Origin: an uncultured Chryseobacterium sp.
GTDB lineage: Bacteria > Bacteroidota > Bacteroidia > Flavobacteriales_F > PHOS-HE28
DNA: 58,338 nt
Direction of reading: 5' to 3'
Assembly (NCBI GenBank): GCA_964592515.1
Contig: CAZQFG010000001.1
Coordinates: forward strand, 1-58,338
Position 1 is the first letter of the stretch. Each line of letters starts with the position of its first letter. Shown piece after piece: positions 45,235-55,221 of this stretch. The notes under the pieces are model-generated. The model made no database searches, was not told the DNA's origin, and saw nothing but the letters and a program-made list of their open reading frames with translations. Position numbers and translations under genes: made by a program.

Positions 45235-47343
45235 TCAACGACGCACCAGCACGGTGCTGTTCCACTGTCCGGCGGCTCCGGTGAGCAGCAGGTGGTAGGT
45301 GCCCTCCGAAAGGCCGTTCAGCGCTACGTGCAGCGGGGCTCCGGTGGTCGTGGCCTTGTGCTGCAACACCACGCGGCCAGTGGCATCGAACAGGCGCAGG
45401 TCCCACGTGCCGTTGGGCAGGCCCATGATCCGGGTGCCTTCGGTGGCCGGGTTGGGTGCCAACGTCACGCGTTCCAAGGTGTTCTCCGCCAGACCCACCC
45501 AGGTCTGTAGTTGCACGCAGGTGGTGTCGTTGGTAGCTGAAGCATCGTTGGACATTTCGCTCCAGGCGCACAGCGCATCATTGGCGTCGGCGGTGGGAAT
45601 GAAGTAGGTGCTGAACGTGATCAGTGTCTGCGCACCAGGGTTCACGGGCGTGCCGCTGTAGTTCTGTGTGCTGATGGTCCCGTTGCCGAAACGGTACTTC
45701 ACGACGAAACTGCTTACCGGTTGGTTGCCTAAGTTGGTCACCCAGGCGCGCACTGCCGTTTGGGTGCCGATCTCCTGTCCGTTCTCCAGGCCGAAAAAGC
45801 CGGTGCACCCCACGTCGAACACGGGCACTTGTGAGAGGCGAAGGCCCAGGAAGAAGTCGGCTGTTTCGCGATCGCGGTAATCAGCCCATGTATTGTCCAG
45901 CACTTCATAGCTCTGCAGGCTGAAGGGCGGCGTGATGTCCTGCGCGATGTTGATGTTGGCGCCGAGCATGTACCACTGCACGTAAACGGCACCACTGGTC
46001 ACGGTGAGGGGCGTGCTTAGCGCGAATACCTGGCTGCCTGCAAAGGCCTGCGAGGGCGCAATATTGATCGAGTCGAGCAGGGTGCCGGGTCGTCCGCCCG
46101 GTCCGTCATCGTCGTATACTTTCAGCGTGTAGCCCACATTGCCGGTATTGCTGGCAATGCGCACGGTGTAGTGTGTTACGTAGGCCGGATAGTAGGGTGG
46201 GGCAATGCGCATGCCCACACCGCCATTGCCACCGTTCCAGCCCAGGCCGATGCCATCATCCGTGGCGCCGTGGAAGTTCAGGTCGTGTGTTGCCGTTGTG
46301 GTGTCCACGACCACCACTTCCTGGATGCGTTCGTTGTTGGTGGTCACCAGTTCGCCAGTGATGCCGCTGATGGTATTGCGGTAGCGGTAAATGCCAGCTG
46401 TCGTGGGGTTGAAGAACGGCGCGTAGTTGAAGGTGGTGTCCAGTTCGGGAAGGATGTTCCCAATGGCCATTTGATCGCTCACCTGCACAGCTCCGGCCGA
46501 ATTGAGCACTTGTCCCTGAACGGTGAACCCGCCGATGTCCGTATTGCCGATGTTCGAAACGTTGGCGATCATGGCAAAGGGGGCGCCATTACGCGTGCGG
46601 AAAACACCTGCGCTGCCAATAGCAGTGCTCCAGTTCACTGTGGCATCCTTCACTTCGAGCGTGCTGGCCGGTGGCATGTAAAAACGTATCGCGTAGTTGG
46701 CGGCCGGATACACATCGTTGCTGTGTTGCAGGCCGATGCTGCCCGCCACGCTCTCAATGCCGATCACCATGTCGTTGTTCTGGGTAAGTCCGGTCTGCGC
46801 AAGGTATTGGAAGGTGATGGTGCTGTCCGTCTTGCTCAGAATGATCTGGAAGCTGTTCGCACCGGTATAGCTGGGCGCTACGGGCGACCAGAAGGGAACA
46901 CCCACCCACGAGATGATCGTGCGGTCGGTCTCGTCCTGCCAATAACAGCGGCCCTGGTTGCCGTCGCCTGCGAAGTTGAGGTCGCTACCCAGTGCGGCAA
47001 GATGGTCGTTCACCCCGCCCGCCGTGGGTATGGCCGGGAAGGGCGATGCCAGATTGCCCACACCGTTGAAAGCGATGTACCCATTGCTGCCGATCCATAC
47101 CAGCTTGCGGCCATACCAGTAGAAGGGCATGTCCGTCTCCATAACGAACGGCCCTACGCGGTTGTCATCGCCCAGTCCGGTAACCAGCGTGCCGGTGGTG
47201 GTGATATCTATCCATTCGAACACCGGACCATCCGGCTCGTTGCTGTCCTTCCAAAGATAGCCGTACGCATCAGGCCCGCCCGTGGCGGCGATCAGTTGTG
47301 TTGCAAGGGCACATGCCAGGACCAGGGTAAGCTTCCGAATCAT
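45235..47343 (-). CDS. Secreted hypothetical protein with T9SS C-terminal domain
   Basis: Track ORF trimmed to MIRKLTLVLACALATQLIAA. GGPDAYGYLWKDSNEPDGPVFEWIDI is an N-terminal motif I have seen in many T9SS cargos. LAPNPATEG...GTYHLLL is a T9SS CTD. Confidence 0.8.
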   Translation of the reverse strand: MIRKLTLVLACALATQLIAATGGPDAYGYLWKDSNEPDGPVFEWIDITTTGTLVTGLGDDNRVGPFVMETDMPFYWYGRKLVWIGSNGYIAFNGVGNLASPFPAIPTAGGVNDHLAALGSDLNFAGDGNQGRCYWQDETDRTIISWVGVPFWSPVAPSYTGANSFQIILSKTDSTITFQYLAQTGLTQNNDMVIGIESVAGSIGLQHSNDVYPAANYAIRFYMPPASTLEVKDATVNWSTAIGSAGVFRTRNGAPFAMIANVSNIGNTDIGGFTVQGQVLNSAGAVQVSDQMAIGNILPELDTTFNYAPFFNPTTAGIYRYRNTISGITGELVTTNNERIQEVVVVDTTTATHDLNFHGATDDGIGLGWNGGNGGVGMRIAPPYYPAYVTHYTVRIASNTGNVGYTLKVYDDDGPGGRPGTLLDSINIAPSQAFAGSQVFALSTPLTVTSGAVYVQWYMLGANINIAQDITPPFSLQSYEVLDNTWADYRDRETADFFLGLRLSQVPVFDVGCTGFFGLENGQEIGTQTAVRAWVTNLGNQPVSSFVVKYRFGNGTISTQNYSGTPVNPGAQTLITFSTYFIPTADANDALCAWSEMSNDASATNDTTCVQLQTWVGLAENTLERVTLAPNPATEGTRIMGLPNGTWDLRLFDATGRVVLQHKATTTGAPLHVALNGLSEGTYHLLLTGAAGQWNSTVLVRR

Positions 47344-47478
47344 GGAGGGTGGGGTTTGGTGGTGAGCACCAATGTAATCAACCTTCCAGAAGAATGGCAT
47401 GCTCAGCGACCCATCGCTGTGTGTCGTGGGAAAGGACAGCTCATCCTGCCCCTATCAGCGGTGTTCGCTCATGGTCGG

Positions 47479-48177
47479 TCAGAGGTCCATTAGCATGTCG
47501 TTCCGCCGGGCGCTGATCTTGCGCATTGCGGTCTTCAGCTCATTCACGGTGAGCGGTATCTCCCGTCCCCGATGGAGCATGGCGTGGCAGTTCGGGCATA
47601 CCGGGTACAGGTCCCGCAAAGGATCGGGTTCGCGTCCCAGTTCGGCTGCCGTTGTTGAACGCTGGTGATGGATCTCGATGAAGCCGGAGCCCAGGGCGCC
47701 ATACCTCACGCTCATATCGATATTGCAGACGGAACAGCTCGAGCCGTGGCGCTGGATGCAGAGCGCACGTGCAAGTGGGTCATGCTCGATCGGGTCGATC
47801 TTCAGCGTCGAGGTCCTTTCAGTGTTCCCTACGAAATGGAGCGCATGCCGTTCAATGACCACATCCTGTTCAAGTACGTTGCAGGCCTTGCAACGTGCCA
47901 CGGATACCAGTGGGGCTGACTTGTGGTCGAAGATGGAGGCCAGCAATCCTTGCAGGTCCTCGCTGCAGATCTTGACCCAGCCGTGTTCCGTGAAACTGCT
48001 CTGTACTTCGCCGTTCCTAAGGCTCCGGATGTGCGAGCAATTGCTGCGATGGAGCATGGCATACGCCTGGTTGGCCGGCCGTTTCGTGTTGAGCACGAAG
48101 CCCCGGGGATGGTCGGTCATCCACTGCAGGTAATCCGCGTCGCTCTTATCGAAAACGTGGATCATCGGTCGTGACAT
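47479..48177 (-). CDS. HNH endonuclease (solitary, McrA-like)
   Basis: Track ORF trimmed to MSRPMIHVF. C-terminal CSVCN...IEIHHQ...CPNCHAMLH is a canonical HNH / zinc-finger nuclease core. The N-terminal ~130 aa were not recognised. Confidence 0.8.
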   Translation of the reverse strand: MSRPMIHVFDKSDADYLQWMTDHPRGFVLNTKRPANQAYAMLHRSNCSHIRSLRNGEVQSSFTEHGWVKICSEDLQGLLASIFDHKSAPLVSVARCKACNVLEQDVVIERHALHFVGNTERTSTLKIDPIEHDPLARALCIQRHGSSCSVCNIDMSVRYGALGSGFIEIHHQRSTTAAELGREPDPLRDLYPVCPNCHAMLHRGREIPLTVNELKTAMRKISARRNDMLMDL

Positions 48178-48390
48178 GGCTGATGCCGGTGGTGGGGCGA
48201 AGGGCCGCGAAAGTATTCCCACGCACAGGCCGCTAACGTGCCTCGTGGAACACATAAGGAAGTGATAGATCAGGGTTAACGGCGTCATGATCACTTCACG
48301 ATCGGTACGCTCCCGGTAGATCAGACTTAAGAGAAGGCTAACACGAAGCATGGCCGCTCCGGCCAGTTTCGCGGACCCAAATCAAGCAGC

Positions 48391-51300
48391 GTGGCCAAGC
48401 GGACGTTCCTTTTCCTGATACTTGCCCTGGTATCTGTTGTCGGTTGGTCGCAGGGGACCGTGCGCGGTGTGGTCAGCGATCCCAAAGGAGAGACGCTGAT
48501 CGGCGCTACGGTGGTGTTGAAGGCCGACCCGAGCAAGGGCGTGGTCACGGACCTGGATGGCCGCTACAGCTTGAGCATCCCTTCCAGCGCACCTGTCATT
48601 CTGGTCTATTCCTTCGTGGGTTTTGAACCCAAGGAGGTGACCGTTACGGCCAAGCCGGGTGAAGTGGTCGTTCAGAACGTTGTGCTCGGTGAGAAGAGCG
48701 TAATGATCAAGGAGTTCGAAGTGGAGGCCAAGGCGCGGAGGGGAAGCGATGGTTACCTGGACCGCATGAAGAGCAATGCGCCGGCCGCGCTGGATTTCAT
48801 TTCGCGCGATGCGATGTTGAAGACAGGTGATGCGGATGCGGCCGCTGCGGTAAAGCGGATCTCTGGCGTAAGCACGGTCGGCGCGTTCGTTACCGTTCGC
48901 GGCCTGGCCGACAGGTATCTCGTGACCACCATCAATGGCGGTCGCGTGCCTACGCTGGACCCGTACACCAACAACCTTCGGCTTGACCTCTTCCCCACAG
49001 GGCTCATGGACAACATCGTCATCACCAAGACCCTCACGCCGGATCTGCCGGGTGATTGGGCCGGTGCTTACATGAGCATGAACACCAGTGATTTTCCGGA
49101 CAGGCTGCAGGTCACCGTGTCGGCAACGGTGGGTTTCAACCCCAATAGCACTGGTCGTTCCATTGTGAGCTCGGCCTCGAGCGGTACCGACTGGCTGGGG
49201 CGTGATGACGGCCTGAGGGCCATACCGGACGGGGTGCCCGATCGGGTGGAGGATTATCCCACGTTCATCGATCCCAGCCTTTATCAGCAGCTGTCCATCT
49301 TGGGCCTGGGTTCCTATTTGAACGGATACGGGATAACCGCGAATACGCCCGGCTTTGACACACCGGGTGGGACGATGACCATTGGCAATACGCAACAGCA
49401 CCTGGCATTGACACAGCTCGGTATGCTCGCTCCCGCGTTGTTATACGACGCGAATGCGGTACAGGGTGGTGTGGCCTTGTACAACAGCACCTATGATCTG
49501 GCCTACTTCTCACCGATCCTGAACGGCGGGCTTGAGCAATTGAACACCAGCTGGGACAATAGTCGCTGGCGTGTCGCCGAAGCGACAGGTGCGCCGAACT
49601 ACAATATGAACCTGAGCATCGGAAACCAGATCGAGCTGTTCAAGAAGAAAAAGCCGAAACAGCTGGGCTACCTGCTCGGCTTCAGGTATTCCAGCGATAC
49701 GCAGAACGACGAGCACAGTACGATCCTGCGGACCATTGAACGCTACGAGGACGAGGATCCGGGAGATACCTTCAATAGGAAGGGCGAACAGCGCGTAAGT
49801 GTGGTAAGCAGCGGTTGGAACGCGCTTGGGAACGTATCCTTCAAGTTGAACCGCAACAACAACTTTTCGCTGATGGCCATGGGCAATGTGCTTGGCCAGA
49901 ACAACGCGAGGTATCTGGTGTTCCTCGACCCGACAGTAAGTGGCGAGACCTTCGTGAGCGAGGACCAGTTTTGGGAGCAGCGGCGCATGTGGGTGTATCA
50001 ATATGGCAGCAAGCACTTCATTCCAGCGCTCAACCTGACCGTTACGGCCGATGCGTCGTACAGTGATGGCGATAGGGACATCCTCGACCTGAAAGTGGTG
50101 CAGTACATCCTGCCTGCCGATGGTGGCAGCATCGACAATGTGGATGGGGCACTGCGTCCCCCCGCGCGGATCTTCCGCTACCTCAACGAGCAACTGCTGG
50201 ACACGCGGTTGGCCTTCGAGCTGCCATACAGCGATCGCGAGAACAAGGTGCGCAAGCTCAAGTTCGGCGGTGCATACCGTTGGAACCAGCGCAGGAATGA
50301 TCAGAAATATTACCAGGTTATTGGTGCGCCCGGCCCGTCACAGTGGGAGGATGCTTCTCGTTTCCGCATGCGTGAGGACGGTCGGTTCACCAGTCTGTAC
50401 ACGCCCTTCGGAAGCTTCAAGGACAACGACATCGGTATCCTGAACGTGGCCGCTGCCTTTGCCATGGTCGATCACAGCTTCACCGAGCGGATCAGGTTCG
50501 CTGGCGGTCTTCGCGCAGAGCATACCGACCTGGTCTCCGATATCTATGAGTTCTGGGAACAAGGAGTTGCGGCGGATGATCCCATACGTGGTACGGTGGG
50601 TGATCTGGCCATCGGTGGTGCTGGTGCTCCTGAGCCCAAGCCCGCCGTTCCAGGTACCATCGCGCAGTGGGACCTGCTTCCCAGTGCGAGCATGATCTTC
50701 AAGTTGCGTGAGGCAGAAGAACGTCCTGTGAACCTGCGTCTCAGCTATTTCCGCTCACTGAGCCGTCCCAGCTTCAGGGAATTCAGCGTGGTGCAGCTCT
50801 ATGATTACCTGCTGCAAGCGCCGGTTTATGGTAACCCGGAACTGCGGATGACCCGGGTGGATAACTACGACCTGCGCATCGAGCGCTTCTTTTCGGGGGG
50901 GGACAATGTGAGCCTGAGCGGCTTCTACAAAGCGTTCAAAGACCACATCGAGCTCCTCCAAACAGCACAAGGTGGATTTACTTGGCGGAACGCGGAGTTC
51001 AGCGAGGTCTATGGTCTGGAGATCGAAGGACGCTTCAGCCTGTTGCGCAACCTTGAGTTCAGGGGCAATATCACGTTGATGGACTCGCGTTCCGAGCTGG
51101 TCACTGTGCTGAACGGAGAGGAAGTGCGTTACGAAACGCCCATGTTCGGGCAGGCGCCCTACATCGTGAACACGACGCTCACCTATTCCATGGACAGCAT
51201 CGGTTTGAGCTTCAGTGCATCCTACAACGTGCAAGGACCCAAGCTCGCGGTCACCAACGCTGAACTCGACCCGACGGGTATCCGGGCCTACGAGATGCCC

Positions 51301-51489
51301 CGTCATCTGATCGATCTCACATTACGCAAACGGTTCGGAGATCACTGGAGCGCCATGTTCCGCGTAAGGGACCTGCTGAACTCTCCCCAACGCCGCACCT
51401 ACCGGTTCGAGCAAGGCTACGTGGGTGATTTCGATCGCTTCGCCTATGGTACGGAGTACCTGCTCACACTGGCCTACACCATTCGATGA
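48391..51489 (+). CDS. TonB-dependent receptor with N-terminal carboxypeptidase-regulatory-like domain
   Basis: GTG start. Signal peptide. VRGVVSDPKGETLIGATVVL...DLDGRYSL (CarboxypepD_reg-like), a plug region (ISGVSTVGAFVTVRGLADRYLVTTINGGRV), and a ~800-aa barrel. No SusD-like gene follows. Confidence 0.9.
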   Translation: MAKRTFLFLILALVSVVGWSQGTVRGVVSDPKGETLIGATVVLKADPSKGVVTDLDGRYSLSIPSSAPVILVYSFVGFEPKEVTVTAKPGEVVVQNVVLGEKSVMIKEFEVEAKARRGSDGYLDRMKSNAPAALDFISRDAMLKTGDADAAAAVKRISGVSTVGAFVTVRGLADRYLVTTINGGRVPTLDPYTNNLRLDLFPTGLMDNIVITKTLTPDLPGDWAGAYMSMNTSDFPDRLQVTVSATVGFNPNSTGRSIVSSASSGTDWLGRDDGLRAIPDGVPDRVEDYPTFIDPSLYQQLSILGLGSYLNGYGITANTPGFDTPGGTMTIGNTQQHLALTQLGMLAPALLYDANAVQGGVALYNSTYDLAYFSPILNGGLEQLNTSWDNSRWRVAEATGAPNYNMNLSIGNQIELFKKKKPKQLGYLLGFRYSSDTQNDEHSTILRTIERYEDEDPGDTFNRKGEQRVSVVSSGWNALGNVSFKLNRNNNFSLMAMGNVLGQNNARYLVFLDPTVSGETFVSEDQFWEQRRMWVYQYGSKHFIPALNLTVTADASYSDGDRDILDLKVVQYILPADGGSIDNVDGALRPPARIFRYLNEQLLDTRLAFELPYSDRENKVRKLKFGGAYRWNQRRNDQKYYQVIGAPGPSQWEDASRFRMREDGRFTSLYTPFGSFKDNDIGILNVAAAFAMVDHSFTERIRFAGGLRAEHTDLVSDIYEFWEQGVAADDPIRGTVGDLAIGGAGAPEPKPAVPGTIAQWDLLPSASMIFKLREAEERPVNLRLSYFRSLSRPSFREFSVVQLYDYLLQAPVYGNPELRMTRVDNYDLRIERFFSGGDNVSLSGFYKAFKDHIELLQTAQGGFTWRNAEFSEVYGLEIEGRFSLLRNLEFRGNITLMDSRSELVTVLNGEEVRYETPMFGQAPYIVNTTLTYSMDSIGLSFSASYNVQGPKLAVTNAELDPTGIRAYEMPRHLIDLTLRKRFGDHWSAMFRVRDLLNSPQRRTYRFEQGYVGDFDRFAYGTEYLLTLAYTIR

Positions 51490-52847
51490 TCATGCGCCAC
51501 TTATGTCCTATTTCCCTGCTGCAACGCTTGTTCAGGAGATCGCTCATTGCACTGCTCATGGCGGGCCCGCTTGGTGCCATGGCCCAGGGTGCCATCGAGA
51601 ACGTGGTGGTGGAGGTCTATTATGTGAGTGATGCGAACGATGCCACGGATGTGACCGGAGGTGGGCTGCCTGCGGGTTCCAAGACCTATCGCGTTTACCT
51701 GGACCTGTGCGATGGATGTTCCTTGCGCGCGGTGTATGGTGATGCGAACCACGAGGTCCGGATCACTAGTACAGAGCCCTTCTTCAACCACGCTGACCGG
51801 GGCAGGACCTACGGGCACCTGGTGCAGAACGGCGCGCTCGATGAAGGCACGACCGCTATTGATTCCTGGTTGGCCTTTGGTGCGGCATCCAACCAGAAGC
51901 GGGCCGTGTTGAAGGTGGACGATACGGATGGGAGCATCGTGGGCGGTGCCAACAACGATGGGGGAAGCGCCATGGTACCGGGAGGCTTGCTGGTGAACAC
52001 CGATGCTTCCGCGGGTTCTCCATTGGTGGAGCTTGATGGCCTTGTACCCCTTGCTCCGGGAGGTACCGCAGCGCCGCCCAATTTCAACGTGGCGGGTGAT
52101 GATCCCGCCACTGTGTTCGACAATGTCACGGTCTCCGGTTCGTTCACGTCGTTCAACATGCGCATGGCCTGCTCGGTACCCGGAGTGGTAGGTGCCACTA
52201 CGGATAATTTGGTACTGGTGGCCCAATTGACCACATTGGGTGAGTTGAGCTTCTGCCTGAATGTGGAGGTGCAACAGCCGAACGGATCGGTGACCAAGTA
52301 TGTATGCTCTGACGATGTGCTGCTGCCGGATGAAACGGCCAATGGACTTCTGGTCTATCCGCCTCAGTGTGGTTGCACCGACCCGGATTTCCTGGAGTAT
52401 GATCCCAACGCGGGTTGCGACGATGGAAGCTGCCAGACCGCTATCGTGTTCGGCTGTCTGGATACGTTGGCGTGCAACTACGATCCCACGGCCAATTTCA
52501 ATGTAAGTCAATTGTGCTGCTACGGACCGACGAATTGCAATGGGCTCGATGTATCGCTCGTATGCCCCACGGTCGGAATTGATGATCGTGAGCAGGGTCA
52601 CGCGCCGATCATCGCTCGCCCTAACCCCTTCAGCGATGCGGTCTTCATTGACCTGGGTAGACCAATGAGCGGTGGTTTCACGTATGCGCTCATCGATCGC
52701 ACAGGACGGACGCTACGTACTGGTGTGGCCCATATCGCTGGTCAGGATGGTTGGTCAATTGGGCTTTCCGACATTGCTTCAGGTGTTTATCTCCTGAGGG
52801 TCGATCACCAGGATGAAGTGCGTTCGGTGATGATGGTCAAGGATTGA
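51486..52847 (+). CDS. Paralogue 1 of the unnamed secreted domain family, with Cys-rich ACNYD-type linker and T9SS C-terminal domain
   Basis: ATGA overlap with the receptor stop. Shares the motifs VE-x-Y-[YH]-V, YR-[VI]-[YW]-x-D-[LM], T-x-x-F-[FYW]-N, DS-[WY], [LI]-[IVL]-[AG]-Q-x-TT-x-G-x-[LF]-[SE] with 52969, 54360 and 57024. GCTDPDFLEYDPNAGCDDGSC / ACNYDPTA linker. PNPFSD...GVYLLRV CTD. Confidence 0.8.
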   Translation: MIMRHLCPISLLQRLFRRSLIALLMAGPLGAMAQGAIENVVVEVYYVSDANDATDVTGGGLPAGSKTYRVYLDLCDGCSLRAVYGDANHEVRITSTEPFFNHADRGRTYGHLVQNGALDEGTTAIDSWLAFGAASNQKRAVLKVDDTDGSIVGGANNDGGSAMVPGGLLVNTDASAGSPLVELDGLVPLAPGGTAAPPNFNVAGDDPATVFDNVTVSGSFTSFNMRMACSVPGVVGATTDNLVLVAQLTTLGELSFCLNVEVQQPNGSVTKYVCSDDVLLPDETANGLLVYPPQCGCTDPDFLEYDPNAGCDDGSCQTAIVFGCLDTLACNYDPTANFNVSQLCCYGPTNCNGLDVSLVCPTVGIDDREQGHAPIIARPNPFSDAVFIDLGRPMSGGFTYALIDRTGRTLRTGVAHIAGQDGWSIGLSDIASGVYLLRVDHQDEVRSVMMVKD

Positions 52848-52968
52848 TCGGCCGCAAGGCACAGAGATCTTACATGCGGTAACGGTCGGTTAATACAACC
52901 ATCATGGTCCGTAAAGAAGGATCGTTCCGTCCGGGGATAGTTTCGCCGCGTTTTCCAACGATACGACC

Positions 52969-54357
52969 ATGCTTCGCCTTCTGCCTGTTGTAGCCTTAGT
53001 TGCTGGCCTGTTCCTGAACCACTTGGCCATCGGCCAGTATGCACCTCCCGACCCCACTGGTTTCCAGGGGTTGATCGTGGAGACCTATTACGTGGTGGAT
53101 GAGAATGATGCGGCCGATCTGGATGGTGGTGGTGTGCTTTCGGCAGGAAGTGTGGTATACCGGGTGTATGCCGACCTGAAGCCGGGTTACCGCGTGCTCA
53201 CGGTGGGCGGTTTTCCTGGCCATCCGCTGAACATGTCCACCAGTACGGCCTTCTTCAACAACGAGGACCGGGGCGAGGCATGGGGACGCAACATCCCTGC
53301 GCAGCATCTCAACAAGAACACGGTGGCCATCGATTCGTGGCTGGCACTCGGTTCGGCCTCCACCCAGCATTGGGGAGTGGTGAAGAGCGGTGACCCGGAC
53401 GGATCCGTTGTAGGGGGGGCGAACAACGACAATGGCCTCTTGGTGAACAGTGTTCCGGTAATGGGCCTGCCCCTCATGGAGGCCGATGGACTCTGGAGCA
53501 CGGGCGTTGCACCGCCTTCGATCACGTTCGTGGGTGAAGCACCGGACCTGTTCGACGGTGGCGGGAGCAACAACTACAGCAACGACAATTTTGCCTGGGC
53601 AATCCTGGGTGAGTATGCCGTGCCCGATACGGCGAACCGTGTGCTGCTTGGGCAGTTCACTACGGACGGTGTGTTGGAGCTTTGCTTCAATATCACTGTG
53701 AAGCTCCCTGCCGAGCTCGTTTGCAACGATCCAAGCTGCCATGAGTTCATGGAGTTCTATTGGAACTTGATGCCTTCCGATACGGCGAACGGTGGCACGG
53801 CGGCGCAGAACAAGTTCACGCATCCCACGCTCTGTTTCAATTCCTCAGCACAGGTGGTGGATTGCGAAGGCCAGTCGGGCGGGTCCGCTCTACCCGGAAC
53901 GCCTTGTGATGATGGCCTGGAAGAGACGACGAATGACGTCTACGCGAACGACTGTTCCTGTGTGGGTGAGGATTGCGAAGGCGTGCTCGGCGGTAGTGCA
54001 TTGCCGGGTCAGCCATGCGATGATGGTGATCCGCTTACCGGCAACGATACCTGGCAGACCGGCTGTTTGTGTCAGGGTGTGGTCGGCATACAGGAGAACG
54101 GGGACAATGCCTCATTGGCCCTATTCCCGAACCCGACAACTGATCATACGCGCTTGGAACTGAATGGTCTTCGCGGCGAGCACGTGACCTACACGGTGTC
54201 GGATTTGCTCGGCCAACGCGTTGCGGTGGTGGACCTCGGCATGCGTCGCGGTAATTGGTCCGGTGTGATCGACCTCGCGCACGTTGTGCCGGGTGTGTAT
54301 GTGCTTGAGGTCCGGGTCGGGGATACGCTCCGCTCTGGACGCATCATTCGCTACTGA
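52969..54357 (+). CDS. Paralogue 2 of the same family, with duplicated Cys-rich modules and T9SS C-terminal domain
   Basis: Same five motifs. Two DCEG-x-x-GGSALPG-x-PCDDG modules. LFPNPTTD...GVYVLEV CTD. Confidence 0.8.
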   Translation: MLRLLPVVALVAGLFLNHLAIGQYAPPDPTGFQGLIVETYYVVDENDAADLDGGGVLSAGSVVYRVYADLKPGYRVLTVGGFPGHPLNMSTSTAFFNNEDRGEAWGRNIPAQHLNKNTVAIDSWLALGSASTQHWGVVKSGDPDGSVVGGANNDNGLLVNSVPVMGLPLMEADGLWSTGVAPPSITFVGEAPDLFDGGGSNNYSNDNFAWAILGEYAVPDTANRVLLGQFTTDGVLELCFNITVKLPAELVCNDPSCHEFMEFYWNLMPSDTANGGTAAQNKFTHPTLCFNSSAQVVDCEGQSGGSALPGTPCDDGLEETTNDVYANDCSCVGEDCEGVLGGSALPGQPCDDGDPLTGNDTWQTGCLCQGVVGIQENGDNASLALFPNPTTDHTRLELNGLRGEHVTYTVSDLLGQRVAVVDLGMRRGNWSGVIDLAHVVPGVYVLEVRVGDTLRSGRIIRY

Positions 54358-54359
54358 GC

Positions 54360-55130
54360 ATGTTCAGCAGGTGGCTGTCGGTACTGGTCACGTTATGCGT
54401 GGCACATACCGCTGCGATCGCCCAAGGTCTGGACAGTGTTTGGGTGGAGACCTACCATGTATGGGACTCGCTTGGCGCGAACGGCAAGCCCTTGGTCACT
54501 TACAGGATCTGGGTCGATATGACCCCAGGGTACCTTATGCAAGTGGTCTATGGTGATCGTGCACATGATCTGGAGGTCTCCACCACCACGGAATTCTACA
54601 ATGCACCTGACGGTAGTGTGAAGTATGCCGATCAACTGGGAGTGAAGGAGGCGCTGACCAATCTGTTGGCCTTGGATTCATGGTTCACTGTAGGTGCTGT
54701 ATCCAATCGATACCTGGCCGTGCCGCTGCATTTGGACAAGGACGGTTCGCTCTTCACATGTCCCCCGTTCCCCAGACCGGGAAGGGGTAGTGACAAGAAA
54801 AGGTCACTATGCAAGAGGGATGGCTTGCTGGCCGCGGACTCTGTGAAGGCCGTGGTCAATTGGCGATTTGAGCCCGGCTATCTGGGTGATATCGGTGGTG
54901 GTGTGATCCATACGATGGACGGAGCATGGGCGGTGCTGGGTGGAACGCCGGGCGTTACGGAACAGAACCAGATCCTTATTGCTCAGGTCACCACATCAGG
55001 TGAACTGTCCTATAAGTTGAACATTCAGGTGGCCACTGTGGACAGGGTCGCCATCAAGTATGTGCATGATCGTCCCGTTGAGAACGAGGTCACGCAACCC
55101 AGCCTGCGCTTCGGTAAGTACCGGAAGTGA
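54360..55130 (+). CDS. Paralogue 3 of the same family: bare domain, no Cys-rich linker, no T9SS domain
   Basis: Starts 2 nt after the paralogue 2 stop. Signal peptide. VWVETYHVWD, TYRIWVDM, STTTEFYNAPDG, LDSWFTVGAVS, ILIAQVTTSGELSYKLNIQV. Confidence 0.75.
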   Translation: MFSRWLSVLVTLCVAHTAAIAQGLDSVWVETYHVWDSLGANGKPLVTYRIWVDMTPGYLMQVVYGDRAHDLEVSTTTEFYNAPDGSVKYADQLGVKEALTNLLALDSWFTVGAVSNRYLAVPLHLDKDGSLFTCPPFPRPGRGSDKKRSLCKRDGLLAADSVKAVVNWRFEPGYLGDIGGGVIHTMDGAWAVLGGTPGVTEQNQILIAQVTTSGELSYKLNIQVATVDRVAIKYVHDRPVENEVTQPSLRFGKYRK

Positions 55131-55187
55131 AACACAGGGGGTGCACCAAGTGTGTGCATGTTAGATCCAGGTTGAGGCGGTCCGAAC

Positions 55188-55221
55188 GGAACCTTACCGA
55201 ATGATTATGGCTTAAGGTTCC
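55188..55221 (+). other. Hairpin in the 236-bp intergenic gap (9-bp stem, 16-nt loop)
   Basis: GGAACCTTA ... TAAGGTTCC, read directly. No U-tract, so a terminator role is uncertain. Confidence 0.3.

Noticed and set aside
46171-47493. 440-aa plus-strand ORF opposite the T9SS cargo gene 45235-47343
   Set aside because: Shadow ORF with low-complexity Ala/Gly/Arg/His-rich composition.
48178-48390. Riboswitch (B12 or TPP) upstream of the TonB-dependent receptor
   Set aside because: I could not find a B12 box or a TPP CUGAGA-type core by eye. This needs a covariance-model scan to exclude properly.
50895-50902. G8 homopolymer inside the TonB-dependent receptor gene as a phase-variation switch
   Set aside because: G7 tracts (26258-26264, 53414-53420) and a C6 tract (39225-39230) occur elsewhere in ordinary genes of this GC-rich sequence. 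The frame is intact and there is no population data.
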